Shown here: one piece after another, positions 1 through 12,318 of the stretch | Layout of the letters: every line of letters starts with the position of its first letter | Position numbering within the stretch: position 1 is the stretch's first letter | From: Bugula neritina | Taxonomy: Eukaryota; Animalia; Bryozoa | Direction: 5' to 3' | Length of the DNA: 64,000 nucleotides | NCBI GenBank assembly: GCA_964035545.1 | Contig: OZ037771.1 | Span: 4,909,628 to 4,973,627, forward strand | Notes under the pieces: model-generated | What the model was told of the DNA's origin: nothing | The model's input: the letters and a program-made list of their open reading frames with translations, nothing else | Databases searched by the model: none | Position numbers and translations under genes: made by a program

Positions 1-3000
1 GGTTAGCCATTTTAAATTGTTTTTTAGTCAACATGCATGCATATAATTTATAATACAATATAGTAACATAAAAAATATACTTTTCTCTTATTTGAACTTC
101 AAAATCAGGTTTTAATAACATTTCAAGATGAGATATTTTGACTTAACCAGTACACCCACCTTTTTCTAACTTCCATAGTTAACCTTTGCAGTAAATCTCT
201 CTTCAGACTTGGCAGGTCTACAGCACAACATAAACTGATACTCTGATGCTTGCGTTAAACAAAACCTAATAAGTTGCCAAATTTTATTTCAGTGGCAACT
301 TTCAAATTTTTGATGAAATATGTTGTTTGTCCAATAACTAGAATATACTACATAGAATATCATATATATCATTAATATCAAAGGAGTCATGACACGGGCT
401 CAATCATAACTTAGTCTAATAAATCTTTTAGAAATAGTTAGAGTTCCCACAAACAAGGATTTCAGCGAACTAAATCTAATGACTGATTCACATTACGTTA
501 GTGTAATATACCTATTATCATTACAAAATATTTTTGTGTTACATATTAAGTTATGCACAATAATTAACTATATATATTATAGGACATTTATTCTTCTAAT
601 ATGGCATCTATTATATGTCTCTAATGCCACAACATTGATGTCTATATACAGTTTTTATAGGATTTATAATAGCTCTCTATAATCTGTTATTCCAGCAACT
701 TTTCTAATTTCAAGAGAACTTATATTTCAAAAAGTTGGTTTGGCAACTACTAGTACTAAGCAGGCGTAGTTCTACCTAATTATATATTGACGGAAAAATA
801 AGAGAAAATTTAGGAATAAAGTTACTAAACGTTCTTTTAAAATCTAATAGTTGTACCATTTAGATACTGTTCAGTATATAGAACCCTAGGTCTAACTAAT
901 TGAAAGATTACCACAGTATTATTTATGGCTGTGTAATGACTTATACATGTATCTAAGTATCTAAGTATTAGCTTCTAGTATTTATTTATGTATAATCATT
1001 TATGTAAGTCTTAATCTAATAAAGTTTATAGTTTAATGCATTGAATAGACTGCATTTATGTAAACACACCGTGGTTCAATAATACAGAGGCAGCAGTACA
1101 AGCAGCGTAATACATGCATGTTTTAAACCTGACGAATAAAAGCTTTTATATTCGAAACAAATTCAAGAGTTAAATGTACTGCCCTGCAGTATATCTAGTG
1201 TAAGAAAAAACTTCAGCTGTGTGACAACTGAAACTAAGCTCTCCTTAATAAAAAGAAATGCCACAGAGCTTTGAATCTCATGGTTAGCGTTTCATGTCAA
1301 GAAAACCACTACAAAAAGTGGACTCAATTATTTTCTAGATAAATAAAGAGCTTGGCAGGCCTTCAAGTGGGCCGTCTGCAACTGATAAGTTATAATCGTA
1401 GACTAGATAATTTGATGCTTGCATAGAATAACTGGCAGGTTTCATATCACAAGACTACTTGAAGAAAACTTAATACTTTCTTCTACTGGAAATCAACATA
1501 TTATTTAGTTTTATTTCTTTTTTGTAAACTTAAAGCATAAGTATATTATATGCCCTGTAGTTTTAATTTGCTGCTCTTTTTTCTGTAACTATTTGGTATG
1601 TGCATAATGCTACATGGTAAATAGCTAATATGGATAATGCATGTATAAGGTGTTTAATTTAATACTACAACCCTGCTGCCCAATTAAGGAATACTTTGGT
1701 TAGGCAATAATATAGCAGAAAAATATATAAGTACTGTGTATAGGTAGAGTTTATGTTGGCCGTAGGTAAGTTTAAATTACCTAACATCCAAATCCTCAAG
1801 CTTGTTTTAGACAACGTTAGACAGAGTACACAACTTTCATTATAACACAGGGCTACACATCTTGCTATTAAACCCATATGTGCTAATTTTAGCAGCTAAC
1901 TATAGTATACTACATACATGCATAAAACATTCAAGTATCACCATACTGTTTTGTTTTAAATTAACATGATTTCAACTAGTAGGTTAGTGTATAGCAAGAT
2001 GTAAATTTTATAGTACCTGATATTTTGGAACATTATTAATTCAGTATAAGATAAATTTTAATATAATATGCATAGCACTCCAACAGCACAATGCATACTG
2101 TTTAAATTGAGTAACATGGGCTGTGCTGCTTGTATGCAAACAGCTTTGAAACCACTTGAAACAATAAAGTTGCATAATTAATAATAACTCCACCAACATA
2201 TGCTGGTATTTTCACCTTTAAAGTCTAAACAATTTATAGATGAGCCTGTATTAGTAATACAGCAATATTTTGCAAAACTGTGAAATATACTCTGATAAAC
2301 ATAATATTTTAATGAAAAACAGCTTAAATATCTGAAAATAGCATAACGAGCTTACCTAGATGTGCAGGCTGCAGGTTCCTAAATGTTATTTATTGTTGGT
2401 AAAACCTGTATTTGCTTCTTAGGTCTATAAACTGTGTCACCTAGCGAGTGGATCATTTAGGGGGTTGAAAATAATTCAATTATTGAGTAAAGACACAGCA
2501 TAAGATACTAAATTTCTATAATTATTACATCTAGTGTTATACTTTACATGACAAAAGTTGAGGTGTGAAAGGTTTAAAGCAACTAGGAAGTTATAATGTT
2601 GATAGGTGAAATGGCCTTATATATGCACACAATGATTACAGCCCATAATAATATGACTTGAAATGTGTTACCCCTGCTATAGAATTCCTTTATCCACCTT
2701 TTATTGCATTCAACTATCCTCAGATGATACTTGGAGATTATAAGGATTAAATAGATTCTTTGGAGTTGCATTTGTTTCCAAACCACAATGTGCACAAAGA
2801 CGAGCATTGCCATAGCCCACCCACAAAAGGCATGGTGAACATAAGGCTATACTTAGGAGTAGCTATTAAAAATGATAATGGTATTGACATACAGATAATA
2901 TACTAGGTGCAATGATTACCATGACTCGTGATAACCCTCATCTCCGCCTCCAGTTCAGGCTTTTTTGCTATCGTCAGTCCCCCATTTTCATTTCAGGCCA

Positions 3001-4263
3001 TTTCATTTCACTATAACTTGCAGCACCTAAAACTTATAGCATAAAGTTACATGTATATTAGACTTTTATACTATCATAATATATTGTAATACACACAGCC
3101 TACTTTTGCATTAATAATATATTATTATATTGTATTATAGCCTATATAGTGTTTATTTTTTAGATACTCCAGTAGCCCCAACAGTGTATTGAATAGAATG
3201 CTGGCTTGCAAGTCTGAAATTTGATTCCAGCAAACATTTTTTTTACATTTTTTTGAACTATATTGTATTATAGATAGATTTTACCATAAATCAAATTACA
3301 ATAACATTGTTCACTAATTTGATTTAGCTATAAACTCCAAATGCATTATTATTGACTAGACAACAAAATAATGAATAAATTCGATTTATTGTAAACTAAA
3401 TAATATACAAATAGCATTAAAAGGAGTAGCTAAAAGTTTCCCTTATGTGTGCAATACTAAACCCAATTTATGGTGAGCAACAGTATAATATAGATATCAT
3501 CTATCTGTCTATACGAATCATTTACAACAAAGCAACTAGTGAAATACTTTAATGTATTTTTAATTATTCTGGGTAGATTCCAAAAGATGAAAGTTCTGGA
3601 AATTTGAAACAGTTCAAAGTTCAAACTATATGATAATCACCGAGAGTTGTACATTTCAGTAGCAGAGAGCTACTAAAAGCTTGGAGTTTTTGGAACTGCT
3701 ACACTCTTTCTTATACTCTGAGCTTGGGTACTGGAATTATTGTGCATTTTTTATATAAACTTATCTTCATGCGAGGATACTTTGTAAAATTCTAAGATTT
3801 GCACTTTTTGATTTAATGCACTTTTTGACAATTGACCACATGCAATTATTAATCACGAATCTCATTATATAATTCTTACATAAATACATATAGTACAATA
3901 AGTTATGTATATATTATGTGTATGTGTGCGTGCGTGCGTGCCTGTGTGGTTCAGGTTTTTCAAATTTATTGATAAATTTAATCACTGAGCTGGAAAAGGT
4001 AATATTATTGAGTTCATTGAATGTAATAATCAATTGCAAGTGCTGTTATAAGAGTTGTTCTTCCGCGCCTATTAAAATACATTTCGCGCCTGTTGAACTT
4101 AAACTAACCAATAAACGATTACTTCTGCGGCCAGCTATTTAGAACTTTTTATATTTCTCTATCATTTCCGCTAACTACGCAGTTTATTAACTGGTGTAGC
4201 GTCGGTTAGCTGTAGCAGAGAAGCAAGGCTAAAGACAATAATTCTAATCGTATATATAAGACC

Positions 4264-7200
4264 ATGGAAGTCTATGATGCATTAAACTTAGATGACAGAA
4301 GTGATTGGAGAGCATGGAATACAAATGTAGAGGTAATAATTTTTAAGTGATCTCATAAACATTACTAATTTAAAAAGTGTTATTATTTAAATATGAATAC
4401 AGAATAGTCTGACCCTAGCCGGGTTTAGGTTAGGCATATGCTTAAGGAATAAAATAGAGCCGGAGCAGTAGCAGAACATCACCATGATTCATGAGTGATC
4501 ATTAGATCATACACTTAAGACTTATAGTTATAGTTATTCTTAATCTTATACTTATAGTTATAGTATTAGTTATACTACTAGTACTAGTACTACTAATACT
4601 TATAGTTATACTTATACTAGTACTAACAGTAATACTTATAGTTATACTAAAAGTAAATCTCTTAACTCTTAGTCGTAAGTCATAATTTATACTCAGAGGA
4701 TTAGGATTACGTGATAGACATAACTTTAAAATTCAGTTTTGCACTTACTCTGTTACTATTAGTATTAGTATTAGTATTACTATTACTATTAGTATTAGTA
4801 TTTCTATTACTATTACTATTAGTATTACTCTAAGAATAATACTATAACTATTACTATTAGTATTAGTATTAGTATCACTATAATACTCTATAGTATTAGT
4901 ACTACTACTACTACTAGTAGTAGTAGTACAGTAGTAGTAGTATTAGTATTACTATGAATAATAATTACTATGAATAATAATTACTAATAGTAATGGTACC
5001 TAGTTTAAAGTCATGTTCATGCTCACAGTCACTGATGCTGATAATTAAACTTAATTAGTTGATATCAAGTCAATAATGATAGTGATATTCACAGTGATAC
5101 ACACTGAGACATTCAGTCACTAATGCTGAGCCAAACTCAAACTGGCACCCAGTCCCATAGACACATGCTGTTGCTCATGCTGATCCTGATACTCACACTG
5201 TGATTGTCGTTGATAACATGGTGATGAAGTGATATCTTGTAGTTGTAATGCTTTTAATTTAGTAGTACTAGCTGTATAATCATAATGATTATGGCAATGT
5301 ATTGATAATAATTCTAAAATTCACTTCAACTATTTAAAATGATTTTTCATGTCAGTTTTTGGTTTTATAAATATATATGTAATTTTTAATAAATTAGTTA
5401 TTATAATTAGGTTTTAGTGTTTACAATTAGTATTGATCTTACCTATGTTGCTAACGTTATAAATATATAGTTATAGTTATACATTCATCTTGAAGCTGAA
5501 ATAATCTCATTACCAGTAGTAGTTACACCACAAATGCTAGGACTAAAAGTAAAATCAGTGTAACTCACAACTGTAGGCAGCCTGTTTTTTAAACTTTTAT
5601 TAATGAAAGAAATTGAGACCTAAAGGCTTTGAATAGTGGGATAATAAGTGAGTTAAAATTGTGATATTTTGTAGAGTTATAATTCGAATGTAATTTCATT
5701 AATTTTGATGGTATTAAAAAGGAAAAAAGTTACTGATTCCTATCTATATGGTACATCCGTGGATAATTGTGTAAAAAAGGCTATATTTCTGAAGTTTATA
5801 GCCAAGTACTCTGTAAAACATGACCTAAATTTGAATGCCTATTAGGATTCTATAAATTATTATTTACATAAGTTCATTCCCAAATGAACTCTTACTGTTT
5901 TTACTCACTGCAATTCTTTGAGACCTTTTCATATCCTTTAATGTATTTTATTTGAGAAATTAAACCGTTAACATGTCAAAACCTTATTCATAGCATTTTT
6001 GTGTTTCAGTAAAAATAGGCCCTGATGTAAACCCCTGCCTTATACTAGTATCATGCTGAGTTCGATTCATTATCATTTTGATTCCGGAATCAACATGGTT
6101 CAACTCATAATGATGTCATGCAATTGCATACATGCTATGCTATGTGTATGCTGCAATTTTAAATTTACCTTCAGACATTTCTTGGCATCCATTACGAGAC
6201 TCAAGTGTCATCGTTCACACTCGTAGAAGATGTTTACAAGCGTTTAAAGATTACAGAGAACAACTTACCACGTATGATGTTACTTAAAAGGGTCCAAGCC
6301 GCTTTGGGAAATACTGTAGATCTGTTTGGGTTTGTAATAATTCATATTTTCATCAGATTTACACATTTTCATTAGCCACCTGATACTTCTGACTGCTAAC
6401 TATTTTGGGCTGCTGGAATATTGCATTTAATTTGTGCTTAGTATATTGAAACTTGACTTAGGGAGCAGCTGTGGTCTAGGGGCTAGTAAACGCAAGGTCA
6501 TGAGGTTCGATCCCCTCTAAAGGCCATTGGTGCTGTTAGAAAAGGCATTCAGTCGTAATTTTTCCTTTGCCACGTATGAAAAAGTCCTTAGCCCGCTTAA
6601 AACTCTTTTCATCAAGCGTTCTCACTATGAACTATAAACTATAAACTTGCGTGAGTTTTTATAATTAAAGCTTGACTTTCCAGTTGTTTTGAAAGTGTCC
6701 ATAACTACACATGGGACTACACGAACTATACTATACAATATGACTGAGACTATATCCATTACCTTCAAGTAGCCTGTGTTAAATGAGAATATCTTGAGTT
6801 TACTTGGGAGACTGTATTTATAGACAAGACTACTTTGTGAATATGAAGTCGAAGCAGTACCCAGAAATCTCCTCTCAGGAGTTGTCTAAACATTCTATGA
6901 AGACTTCAGAGTTAGAGTCTAGAAAGAACCTGGCACTCAACAACCCCAATGCTGCCCAGGTGAACATGGTAAGTAGCCCTAGACTGTATTGCCCAGGTGA
7001 ACATGGTAAGTAGCCCTAGACTGTATTGCCCAGCTGGCGAGTCTGATGCTTGTTTTATACAATTGTTCTGCCACATGTTTTTGCTGCATCAACATATACC
7101 TATTTTGTTCAACATAATATTTTTTACAGTAAGAAAGTATATTCTACAAAAGAAGTTAACACCTTTGGTGTCTAAGGGGTTGGTGGTTTTCTTGATGATC

Positions 7201-8461
7201 ATACCTTGAGTAATTTCAGCACATCTCGTGTCAGATGTACGCTAATCATATTAAAACCCTAGTTTTGTGTATTTAATTACAATACTGTTGAAAACCTGTA
7301 TTTTTTAGCCTATCAGCTCTCTCCTTGATTCTGTGCTGAGTATGTTGGAATTTTTGGCTGTTTTAGAATGTAACGTATGAAGAAGCCTGTGCTCTTTCCT
7401 ATTTCCGTGAAGGGGAGATAATGAAGGGACTGAAGGAAATATCTGGTACATCGTACATGCCCGTCATAGTGAATGAGGTCCGCGCTATGATAGCCAGCGA
7501 GGCCATCATGTATGCCACGGATCCCAGCACTATGCTTCGGAAGCAATCACACGAGTTGACCAAGTTTGTTGATTTAAACCTACTTCACGGTGAAATAGTA
7601 GAAAAAATGCCGTCATTTGTTAAAATATTGGACTTTATCAAACACGCCGTACCAACTGGTAAGCGCCAGAAAGACACGTACAGCCAAGAGAAACGTGAAG
7701 CCATAATTGCCTCTATTCTGGCCAAGTGCCTCTGTTCATTTGACTCGAAGTTAGATGCGTACAAAGTGCAGTTGTCTTCTCTCTTACTCAACAGTGGCAC
7801 GTCTGGTGAGTTTGAGTTAGACTTGCTAGCCGAGACTAATGACACGTATCCCTACAAACAGAAGAAAAGGTTCGCGCAACGCAGTACTAGCGGCTCAGGT
7901 CCTAAGAGTGACATTGTGCTATACAAAGGGAAGGATGGTAAATCAAAGATGGTCAACCTTTATGACCTGGTGAAGTACGACCCCGCCGACGGGTCTGCCG
8001 GGGAAGGGGAGGAGGAAGCAGGAACGGGTACCAACCTGTCCATATCTCTAGACAGTGAAAGTGAACAAAAACCTTTCCTCGTTGTAACTAAGGCACCCAG
8101 TCGAGCACGAAGGCGTCGACGCAATGTCAGGTCTTGGAGACCGTACAGAGTAACTTCATCAGCTGTAGATATGAGTGCGGTTGGCGGTGGTGACTCTGCG
8201 CTTACGGCAGATAATGTAGCAGCTGTTGACGTAGGCGAGGAAAGTGACAATGCGCTGACGTCTATGTGCATAGATGAAGTTGCGGAAAGTGACAATGCAC
8301 TGATGGCTGAAAACCTGGCGGCTGTAGATGCGGCAGATGTGGTTCTGGCAGAGCAGATTATGCAACCATGTGACGCAACCGCTCACACCGCTCTGTCACA
8401 GTTTTCTGATGTCCCGGACACTGGCGACAGTCTAGAGGTTATCACGGAAGAAACAGTTTAG
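4264..8461 (+). CDS. Uncharacterised 4-exon protein (~487 aa) with basic NLS-like stretch and acidic, degenerate-repeat C-terminus; possibly transposon-derived
   Basis: Exons 4264-4332, 6175-6329, 6824-6968, 7367-8461 have GT/AG ends and compatible phases (0,2,0); total 1464 nt = 488 codons with no internal stop. Starts MEVYDALNLDD in accATGg context; last exon contains the 346-aa ORF of the track, with RARRRRRNVR. Confidence 0.7.
6461..6660 (+). mobile_element. tRNA-derived SINE, copy 1 (intron 2 of the uncharacterised gene)
   Basis: Starts GGGAGCAGCTGTGGTCTAGGGG (A-box-like), has GGTTCGATCC (B box), central AAGGCCATTGGTG...AAAGGCATTCAGTCGTAA, ends CTATAAACTTGCGTGAGTTT; a diverged second copy with the same head and tail is at 62742-62960. 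Confidence 0.7.
6954..7033 (+). repeat. 37-bp tandem duplication containing the exon-3 splice donor
   Basis: GCCCAGGTGAACATGGTAAGTAGCCCTAGACTGTATT at 6954-6990 and 6991-7027, plus a partial third GCCCAG. Confidence 0.9.
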
Positions 8462-8568
8462 TAGAAGCTAAGAATGTATCTCCTCGGAGTTGTCACATCA
8501 TGTGGAAGTTGGTTACAGGATACTTCTGTTGTCTTGTTAAAGATCTGATTTGTTATTGTCTGTAGACA

Positions 8569-8609
8569 GAGCATTGCTTGTGCTGTAGTCTACAGCGCAA
8601 GCAATGCTC
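8569..8609. other. Near-perfect 41-bp palindrome/hairpin downstream of the stop codon
   Basis: GAGCATTGCTTGTGCTGTAG-T-CTACAGCGCAAGCAATGCTC: 20-bp arms with one mismatch (a G-U pair on the + transcript). Confidence 0.85.
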
Positions 8610-9303
8610 GACTGTCGTAATTCAAGGCAACATTTTTTTTCTTGCTCCTGTACGTATGTGATTTTGAATGATGACCTTTAACAGTATGTTTGACACTGTT
8701 TATCTAGTAGGTGAAGTTTTTATAGCTAATTTCAATCATTTGTTTTTTTTTTCTTGTGTTATGTATACTGTATCTCCAGAATCAGGCATTATAGCTATGA
8801 TTATGGGAAAATGACTTCTTTTACTACACATTTTATATTTGTTATTCTGGGTATTATTACCTTCAATGTTTCTAAATTTATTACGCATTTTAGCTATTGA
8901 CCGTTTATGATGAATTATGTTGGCTGCATAATCTCAAATCTCTATAATACAAAAGACGAGATTGAGATGGTGAAATCAAAAAATGTTGCTTCATTCAAAT
9001 ATACAATATTACCGCGGTTATTTCATGTTGTTTCCAAACTATTAGTTTTAGAAAGATGTCTCAAATAATTGGTCCCAGAATGGTGATAGATATAATATGC
9101 TTTATTGTAATAAACGAAATGGGAGTTATCGTTTCTATTTACATTCATAACACTTGCTCGTTGTGCACTTCCCTCAATTAGTTCCAATATCTTGCCAAGG
9201 CCGGTTGGGTTAGAGGCAGTTACGTAGTCTTATCAACTAACTAACTTCCGATTCAACTTTGGTGACGGGTCAGAATGTGATTGCATTAGTCCAAAGAGTT
9301 ATC

Positions 9304-12300
9304 ATGGCATTTGTTGATTCTTTACAGTTCTTCAAGACCATAACTTCTGTTTTGTGGGACTGGGTTGAAGATTTTATTGAAGAGTTACAAGAAATGAACC
9401 TTAAAGTTACTGTAACGCGTCTCTATCGATCATATAGGCTTCCGCACAGTTATGTCGGTATTTGCATTGCGTTATTTGTGTTGCTATTAGTGTGGTACTT
9501 CACAAGTTTCATCAAAAGTTGCATGGTCAATTTTGCAAGGCGAGCAAGATACACATGGGAAAGTACTGTGGCTACTAAAGTTGATGGAATTGCGTTTCGA
9601 TTTGACTTTGATGATGAGTTGACTGTTGATCACAGGAAAGCGACTTGGGAGCTTGTGAAAGAAAATGTTGGTATATATGCTTTGCAGGGAAGGAGATCTA
9701 CAATGGAGGATCGATTTACGTTTGTAAATAAACTGGAGCAATCAAGTTCTAATAGTAAAATATCTTTATATGGAATTTTCGATGGTCACGGTGGTGAGGT
9801 AATTTCTCTACTAGTGTAGTACTAGTAGTAGTAGTAGTAGTAGTAGTACTACTACTACTACTACTATTATTAGCAGTAAGACTAAGTGTAACAGTAGACG
9901 TAGTAAAACTATAATTATAATAACAATGTGAATGCTTATTCAGTTTTTTGCTAATTTGTTTACTATTAACACTACTGCTACTGCTACTGCTACTACTACT
10001 GCTACTACTACTACTGCTACTATTACTACCACTATTACCACCACTACTACTATTGTATTATCAGTACCACTACTGCTGCTTAATGCTACTACTAGTACTG
10101 CTAATAGTGCTACAACTCAACTACTGGTCTTACTCAACTACTAGTACTACTACCACTAGCACAAATAAAAAATGAATAACTATCAGTGCGATTCTTATTC
10201 TGTCACTATGACTAGCATTTATTCATTCATTGTAATTCTGATTGCCATTCACTCATTGAAGTGTTGATTACCATATACCCTTCAGTATCGTTATGATCAA
10301 CTGTTTACTATCACATGGCAGCCCAGTATTCAGTAGTAATGAATCTACCCTATGTTAAATCACACTCTGTAAATTCAAATTCCTAACTTTATTGTAGGAG
10401 TTGGATAAATCAATACAATGCTAATGCTATTAGTCTAAATTTGCAATAATAAAAGTATCACTTGCTATATAATTGGTTAGGGCACACTGACTTAGTTTAA
10501 AGCTAAGCTAAGAAGACTTGAAGTTTCCCTTGTAATCACATGCTGGAATTGTGGTCACAATAAGATGTTGCTTAGTAGTGTTAGCATCTGTTGAAAGTTG
10601 TGAAACAATTTTACTTGCAGCTGTCTGTAGAATATGTAGAGAAGGCATTATTCAAGAAAGTAATGACAAAGTTGTTGGATGGTTCTCTCAAACACATGCA
10701 AGACGATGACAGCTTATCACGAAAAGAAGCCATTATCAAGATACTCCACAATAGTTATTTGGAGGTTGATGAAGCACTACTTAACTTACTTAAAAGTGCA
10801 TACGATGGATCAGGTAGGATTTTATCTTTCTTGAATTGTTTGTTACTGAAGTGTAGAATTCATATATCAGGAAACCGAATGGTTATCTGCGTCAGATTTT
10901 AGATGATTTGCTCAGACATAACATTTCACTAAACACATATTTATTCACTTTATCATTGGGTTTCCCTCTTCACCCTTTCATGCAGACGTTTTTTTCTTAG
11001 CTCTTCCTTCTCATAGTTGTTCTCTAACACTTTTACTACTACTCGGTACTCACTCACTTTCTCACACACTTCTACTCACTCACTCTCTGTCACACACTTC
11101 TACTACTCACTCTGTCACACACTTCTACTACTCACTCTCTCACACACTTCTACTACTCACTCTCTCACACACTTCTACTACTCACTCTCTCTCACACTGC
11201 CCTCAGCTAAGGAGACTGACTCAACAGACCATATATGTAGAGAATCTATGCAGGTCGGCAGCATTTCCTGTGTTGAGAAATGCATGTGATCTGCATATAT
11301 TTGCTTTGACTAATAAACTGCAGTAAAACAGATTGTTTCGACATTTCTAGTATAATTTATTGCAAAGTTGAAATTCTGATTTAATTTCTAACTTCTAATT
11401 TGTATATTTATCAAGTGACTATGTGATTTGATGACTATGTCACTCGTATAGTAACTCATTCATTATGTTAACCTTTGTATCGGCAGGTACGACATCAGTT
11501 GTGGCTGTGCTAGATGGGGACACACTTTATGTGTCTAATCTGGGAGATTCCAGAGCAGTGATGTGTGACCAGCACCTCAACGATATTCCACTTAGTTATG
11601 ACCATAAACCTGATCAGGTTAGCTGAGTTCAATTCTGTCTCGTTTTTCAGAGTGTTTGAATTTTTCGATTGATTAGATTTTCATATCTGTATAAAGTCTC
11701 AACTCTTCACGTGTGGATTTGCATCCGAAAATCTGTCTAATGTGGCCCATTCTTAGTGATTATTTGTTGCCTCTTTGAAGAAATGATATTGATGTGTAAT
11801 GCTTTGCACATGCTAGTCTTACCGGCACTCTGTGGGGTCCTGTGAATTGTTCTAACTCAGTTCGCTAACATTTTTTATAATAAATTGGTTTATTGTAGCC
11901 TGACGAACGTGCACGTATAGAGAAAGCTGGGGGTCACGTCACTTACTTTGGAGTTTGGAGAGTGAACGGAATTTTGGCTACATCTCGGGCGTTTGGTGAC
12001 TTGTCATTGAAGCATAACCACGTAGTCAGTCCCGTACCGGATATACATACATTCAGTGTGAAGGAGCACAAGCCTCTGTTTATGATACTCGCTACTGATG
12101 GATTGTGGGACGTGTTCAGCAACGCTGAAGCTGTTCGGTTTATTCACACTCATCTTAATGAGAGTGATTTCGGCGCTAAAAGTTTAGCCAATGAGGCGTT
12201 TGCTAGAGGCTCTCTTGATAACATTAGTGTTATAATAGTGAACTTGAGTTTGGGTAGAGTAGGGGAGGGTGGAGACGAAGAGAAGGACGCGGTAGAACTG

Positions 12301-12318
12301 CATGCTAACGTTGACTAA
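9304..12318 (+). CDS. PPM1L: Protein phosphatase 1L (PP2C-epsilon), PPM-family Ser/Thr phosphatase with N-terminal transmembrane anchor, ~412 aa
   Basis: Exons 9304-9798, 10621-10813, 11487-11617, 11899-12318 (1239 nt, in phase). PPM motifs QGRRSTMEDRF, FDGHGG, GTT, NLGDSRAV, LSYDHKP, WRVNGILATSRAFGD, LATDGLWD, GSLDNISV; hydrophobic YVGICIALFVLLLVWYF before the catalytic domain is typical of PPM1L. Confidence 0.9.
9810..10165. repeat. (TAG)n/(TAC)n low-complexity tract at start of PPM1L intron 1
   Basis: Runs of tagtagtag and tactactac/ctgcta seen directly; explains the poly-T and poly-L pseudo-ORFs. Confidence 0.85.
11030..11195. repeat. CT/CA-rich minisatellite (~25-29-bp unit CTCACACACTTCTACTACTCACT) in PPM1L intron 2
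   Basis: Unit visibly repeated about five times. Confidence 0.8.

Noticed and set aside
6461-6540. Possible tRNA gene
   Set aside because: A and B boxes are present but there is no full cloverleaf; it continues into a body shared with a second dispersed copy, so it is a SINE.
9259-9303. ORF-track start upstream of PPM1L
   Set aside because: Uses a TTG start; the first ATG in good context is at 9304.
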